Source: Anaeramoeba ignava BMAN
Taxonomy: Eukaryota; Protista; Anaeramoebae
Length of the DNA stretch: 64,000 nucleotides
Direction of reading: 5' to 3'
Assembly: GCA_028826165.1 (NCBI GenBank)
Contig: JAPDFW010000086.1
Coordinates: 248,001-312,000 of the forward strand
The notes below the pieces were generated by a model. That model had not been told where the DNA came from. It saw nothing but the letters and a program-made list of their open reading frames with translations, and searched no databases. Shown piece after piece: positions 59,601 through 64,000 of the stretch (the first letter of the stretch is position 1; each line of letters opens with the position of its first letter). The position numbers were made by a program, and so were the translations under genes.

Positions 59601-60443
59601 AAAAAAATTGGAATAGAAATGAGTAAAAAATTAATAGAAATGAGTAATTATTAGTTTAAAAAAATTTTTTTTTTAATTTAAATAAAATTAAATTTCATTT
59701 TTTTATTTTAATTGAACTTATTTGAACTTATTTGAACAACATTAACAAGTTTACCTTTTTAAATTAAAAACAAAAAAAAAATAAAATTAAATTTATCAAG
59801 TTAAATTTTAAAAATTTTAATTTAAAATTTTATTGAAATCTAATTTAAATCTAATTTTAATTAAAAATAGAAATTGATTTAAAAATCCAATTAGACAATT
59901 AAAAAGAAAATCCTATTAGAAAATTGAATTAAAAATTGAATTACAAATTAAAGTTGTTGATTTATGTTCAATTCAATTCAATTCAATATTCAATTCAATT
60001 CAATTCAATTTAATTTAATTCAAAACAATAATAGAAAAAAATATTGTTTTTTAAATTATGAAACAAGTTAAAAAATAGAAATGATAATAATTTGATAAAT
60101 AAAAATAAAAAGAATGTTTAAATTTGATTTTATAATTTATTTTTTATTAATCTTTTTTTTTTGTTTATGTTTTTTTTTTGTTAAATTTTATTATTAAATT
60201 TAAAAATAATTTTAATAAACAATTTCTATTTAAAATTTTTAATTCGTTACTTTATTTAAATTTTTAAAGCAATTTTTAAAGCGATTTTCAAATAGAAATT
60301 TAGGATTGGAATCATTTAAAAAAACAACAAAAAGGAAAAAAAAAGAAAAAAAAATTTTTAAAAATAATAAGTCATTTTTACTTTTTAAATTAAAAAGATA
60401 AAGAATTTCTTAATTAAAAAAAGAAAAAATTTTATAAAAGAAA

Positions 60444-60465
60444 ATGCAACAAAACAATCAAAATC

Positions 60466-60499
<34 letters not shown>

Positions 60500-63400
60500 T
60501 CAAAACGAAAATGAAAATGAAAATGAAAATCAAACTAAAATTAAAAAAAAAGGTTTTGAAATTAATGAAGAAGCTGGACAAGTAATAACTTTTGAAGATG
60601 ATGAAAATTTTGTATTTGAAGATGCGATTGATTTTGGAGTTTTTGTTGTAAATAAATTAAAAAAAAATTTCAAATAAAAAATCAATTAAAAATTTAAATA
60701 AAAAAAAATTTTCAATTAAATTAAATTAAAAAGAGAGATGTTGCTAGAGGTGTAACTGATGAAGAATTTCGTAAAGCTTTTGAATCTATTGGTAATATCC
60801 ATAGTGCAAAAGTTGTTAAAGATAAAATTACTGGAAGAACAAGAGGTTTTGGATTTGTTCGTTTTTATGATAAAGAATCTGTTCAAAAATGTTTAGATAT
60901 GATTAAAAAACCAATTTTTCAAGATCAAATTACAGGAAAATTGTAAATAATATTTCTTATTGATGTTATTGGATTGAGATTTAATATTCAATTCAATTCA
61001 ATTCAATATTCAATTCAATTCAATTCAATTCAATTTAATTCAATATTTAATATTCAATTAATTCAATATTTAATTCAATTCAATTTAATTCAATTCAATT
61101 TAATTCAATTCAATTCAATTCAATTTAATATTCAATATTCAATATTCAATTCAATTTAATATTCAATATTCAATTCAATTTCAATATTCAATATTCATTA
61201 TTTATTCAATATTCAATTCCAATATTCAATATTCAATTCAATATTCAATTCAATATTCAATTCAATTCAATTCCAATTCATTTTAATATTCAATTCAAGA
61301 TTCAATATTCATTCATATTCAATTCAATTCAATATTCACCAATCAATTCCAATTCCAATTATACCAAATAATTTTTATTTTAATATTCAATATTCAATAT
61401 TCAATATTTCAATTCAATTCAATTCAATTTAAATATTTAATATTCCAATATTCAATTCAATTTAATATTCAATATTCAATATTCAATATTCAATATTCAA
61501 TTCAATTCAATTCAATTCAATTCGATTCAATTCAATTCAATTATTCAATTCCAATTTTCAATTCCATTTTAATTCAATTCAATTTTTTAATATTCAATTT
61601 AATATTTAATATTCAATTCAATTTAATATTCAATATTTTATTCCAAATTTAATTCATTCAATTTATTCAATTCAATTCAATATTCAATATTTAATATTCA
61701 ATTCATTATTCAATATTCAATATTCAATATTATTCAATATTTTATTCAAATTATTCAATATTCACCATTCCATTCAATTCAATTCAATTCAATTTCAATT
61801 CAATATTCAATTCAATAACTTCAATATTCGATATTATTCAATATTCAATATTCAATATTCATTCAATATTCAATATTCATATTATTCAATATTCCAATAT
61901 TCAATATTTAATTCAAATTTAATTAAATTTCAAATTTATTCAATTTCAATTTCAATTCCAATTTAATTCAATTCAATTTCAATTCAATTCAATTCAATAT
62001 TCAATATTTTAATATTCAAATTCATTCAATTCAATTCAATTATTCAATTTAATTTAATATTCAATTCAATATTCAATATTCAATATTCAATATTCAATTC
62101 AATATTCAATATTCAATTCAATTCAATTCAATTCAATTCAATTTAATTCAATTCAATTCAATTCAATTCAATTCAATTTAATTCAATATTCAATATTCAA
62201 TATTCAATATTCAATATTCAATATTCAATTCAATTCAATTCAATTCAATTTAATATTCAAATTAATTCAATTTAATATTCAATTCAATTTAATATTTAAT
62301 TCAATTTAATATTCAATTCAATTCAATTTAATTCAATATTTAATTAAATTCATTTTTAATATTTAATTAAATTTATTTTAAATATTATTTTCAATATTCA
62401 ATTAAATTCATTTTTAATATTATTTTTAATTAGCCAAGAAGTCCAAATCAATTTAATCGATCCAAAAAATAAACTTTTTATTGGAAAAATCCCTCGTAAT
62501 TTTACAGAAGAAGAAACTAAACAAGAAATTGAAAAAGTAGCAGGAGTTCCTTTAGAAAGTTTTGATCTCGCATACAGTAGTGATGGAAAATCTAAATCTT
62601 ATGGATGGGCAACATTTAAAACAAATAAATTAGCTTCACAAGCTTTAAAAAATATAACAAGATCAGCAACTCTTGGAATGTCTGATTTATTTGCCTCTTT
62701 TGCACAAATAAAAGCACAAGATCCAAGAATTGTGTATAATTTCAACATTAAGACAAGAACAGCAATTTGAATATTTATTTATTGAAGTTTTTTAATTTTG
62801 ATTTGGATTAAAAAAAAAATATAAATATAAAAATATAATTTTCAAACATAGTTTAAGTGTGAAAACTCTATTTATTAAAGGTGTTCCAGGAGAAACTCGA
62901 GAAGATGAAATATACAATCTATTTGGAGGATCAGTAACAGGAATTGAAAGAGTCAAAATTCCGCTGGACAAGTTAACATCAAGACCACTTGGACATGCGA
63001 TTATTAATTTTAAAACAAGAAAACAAGCCGAAGAGGCAATAGATAAATATCAAGGACATCAATTCAAAGGAAGAATGCTGAAAATTGAATGGTGTATTCC
63101 TCAAGATCAAAAACTAAAACAAAAACGATTTTCAAACTATTATCAAAATCAAACATTTGGAGCTCAGCAATTCCATCCCTATTCACCCTATCAAAGAAAT
63201 AGATACACACAACAAAATCCTGGGATGATGGGAATGAATCCAAATCAAAGTTACTATTATAATCAAAAGGGATATCAAAATTACAATCAATCTTATGGAA
63301 ACAATTATTATTCAAAATCTTCTAAAAATCAATACAATCAAAATTATCAATCAGCTTATCAACAACCAACTTATCATTCAAATTATCATCACTCAGTTTA

Positions 63401-63575
63401 TCCAAATCAGACTAGTTATCAACAAACTACTTATCCTAGTCAATCAAATTATCAACAATCAAATTATCAACAATCAAATTATCAACAATCAAATTTAAAT
63501 TCGCAAACTTCTACTTATCAACAATCATCAAATCAATCAACTTTTCAACCAAATTTTCAACCAAATCAAAGATAA
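60444..63575 (+). CDS. 3xRRM RNA-binding protein, hnRNP R/Q-like, with Q/Y/N-rich tail
   Basis: Exons 60444-60647, 60734-60942, 62434-62733 and 62852-63575 join in frame. RNP motifs TGRTRGFGFVRF, NKLFIGKIPR, KSYGWATF and VKTLFIKGVP. Intron 2 is an (ATTCA)n tract. Confidence 0.85.
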
Positions 63576-63758
63576 AATTTAAAATTTAAAATTTAAAAAT
63601 TTAAAATTTAAAATTTAAAAGAAAAGAAAATATTATTTTTCTTTTTTTCTTTTTAATTCATTTTCCAAAAACAAAATAAAAAATCAAAATTCAAAATTCA
63701 AAATTCAAAATTCAAATTTTAATTCTTTTTTTCTTTCTTTGATTGATTAATAAGAAAT

Positions 63759-64000
63759 TCATAAGAAAAGTAATATTATTTTTCCTTGTGAAGTTCCAAC
63801 CAAAATAAATCTCCAAACTTCATAAAAACGAAGTGAAATAACTGAATCATCAACTTCAAATGTTTGAATTAAAGAGAAATCATGTAAATTATACAAATGA
63901 ATATTCTTTTGTTCAGTTCCAACAACCAAAATTTTTGAATCATTTGAAACATCCAAACATTTAATATTTTCTAATAATTTCCTTTTCATTATCAAAGTAG
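63759..64000 (-). CDS. C-terminal end of a WD40-repeat protein (continues outside the window)
   Basis: IKCLDVSNDSKILVVGTEQKNIHLYNL and VISLRF..FILVGTSQGKIIL beta-propeller pattern. Confidence 0.65.
   Translation of the reverse strand, partial: TLIMKRKLLENIKCLDVSNDSKILVVGTEQKNIHLYNLHDFSLIQTFEVDDSVISLRFYEVWRFILVGTSQGKIILLFL

Noticed and set aside
60444-63575. hnRNP R/Q-like gene as a dedicated regulator of the microexon array
   Set aside because: It is 30 kb away, and proximity in a eukaryotic genome is not evidence of function.

Overview
Extremely AT-rich eukaryotic genomic DNA with GT-AG spliceosomal introns, many of them filled with simple repeats. The gene content (BTB, RCC1, ankyrin and TLDc expansions, EN/QN low-complexity tracts, presequence-bearing OsmC) suggests an anaerobic protist such as the metamonad Anaeramoeba; this is inference. 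Ordinary genes, in order: the C-terminal ARM part of a Cdc15/SepH/MAP3K-epsilon-like protein, four tandem OsmC/Ohr genes, a papain-family protease, ankyrin-BTB, a P-loop NTPase + PD-(D/E)XK (Crinkler/RHS-like) gene, three BTB-TLDc genes, an M20/M28-type peptidase, Rpn10, a tandem RCC1-BTB array, a large ankyrin-BTB gene, an F-box multipass membrane gene, a 3xRRM gene and the end of a WD40 gene. The main discovery is the apparent ~87-bp minisatellite at 23.3-30.5 kb. On the minus strand each unit reads AG|NNN|GTAAAT, that is ~80-nt GT-AG introns separated by 3-nt exons. I count 76 such microexons. They follow an intact two-exon 85-codon N-terminus at 31016-30668 in phase 0 and spell, one codon per exon, a hydrophobic-charged-hydrophobic, membrane-hairpin-like peptide. 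The ORF track misses this gene entirely. All gene models were derived by hand; none has transcript support.
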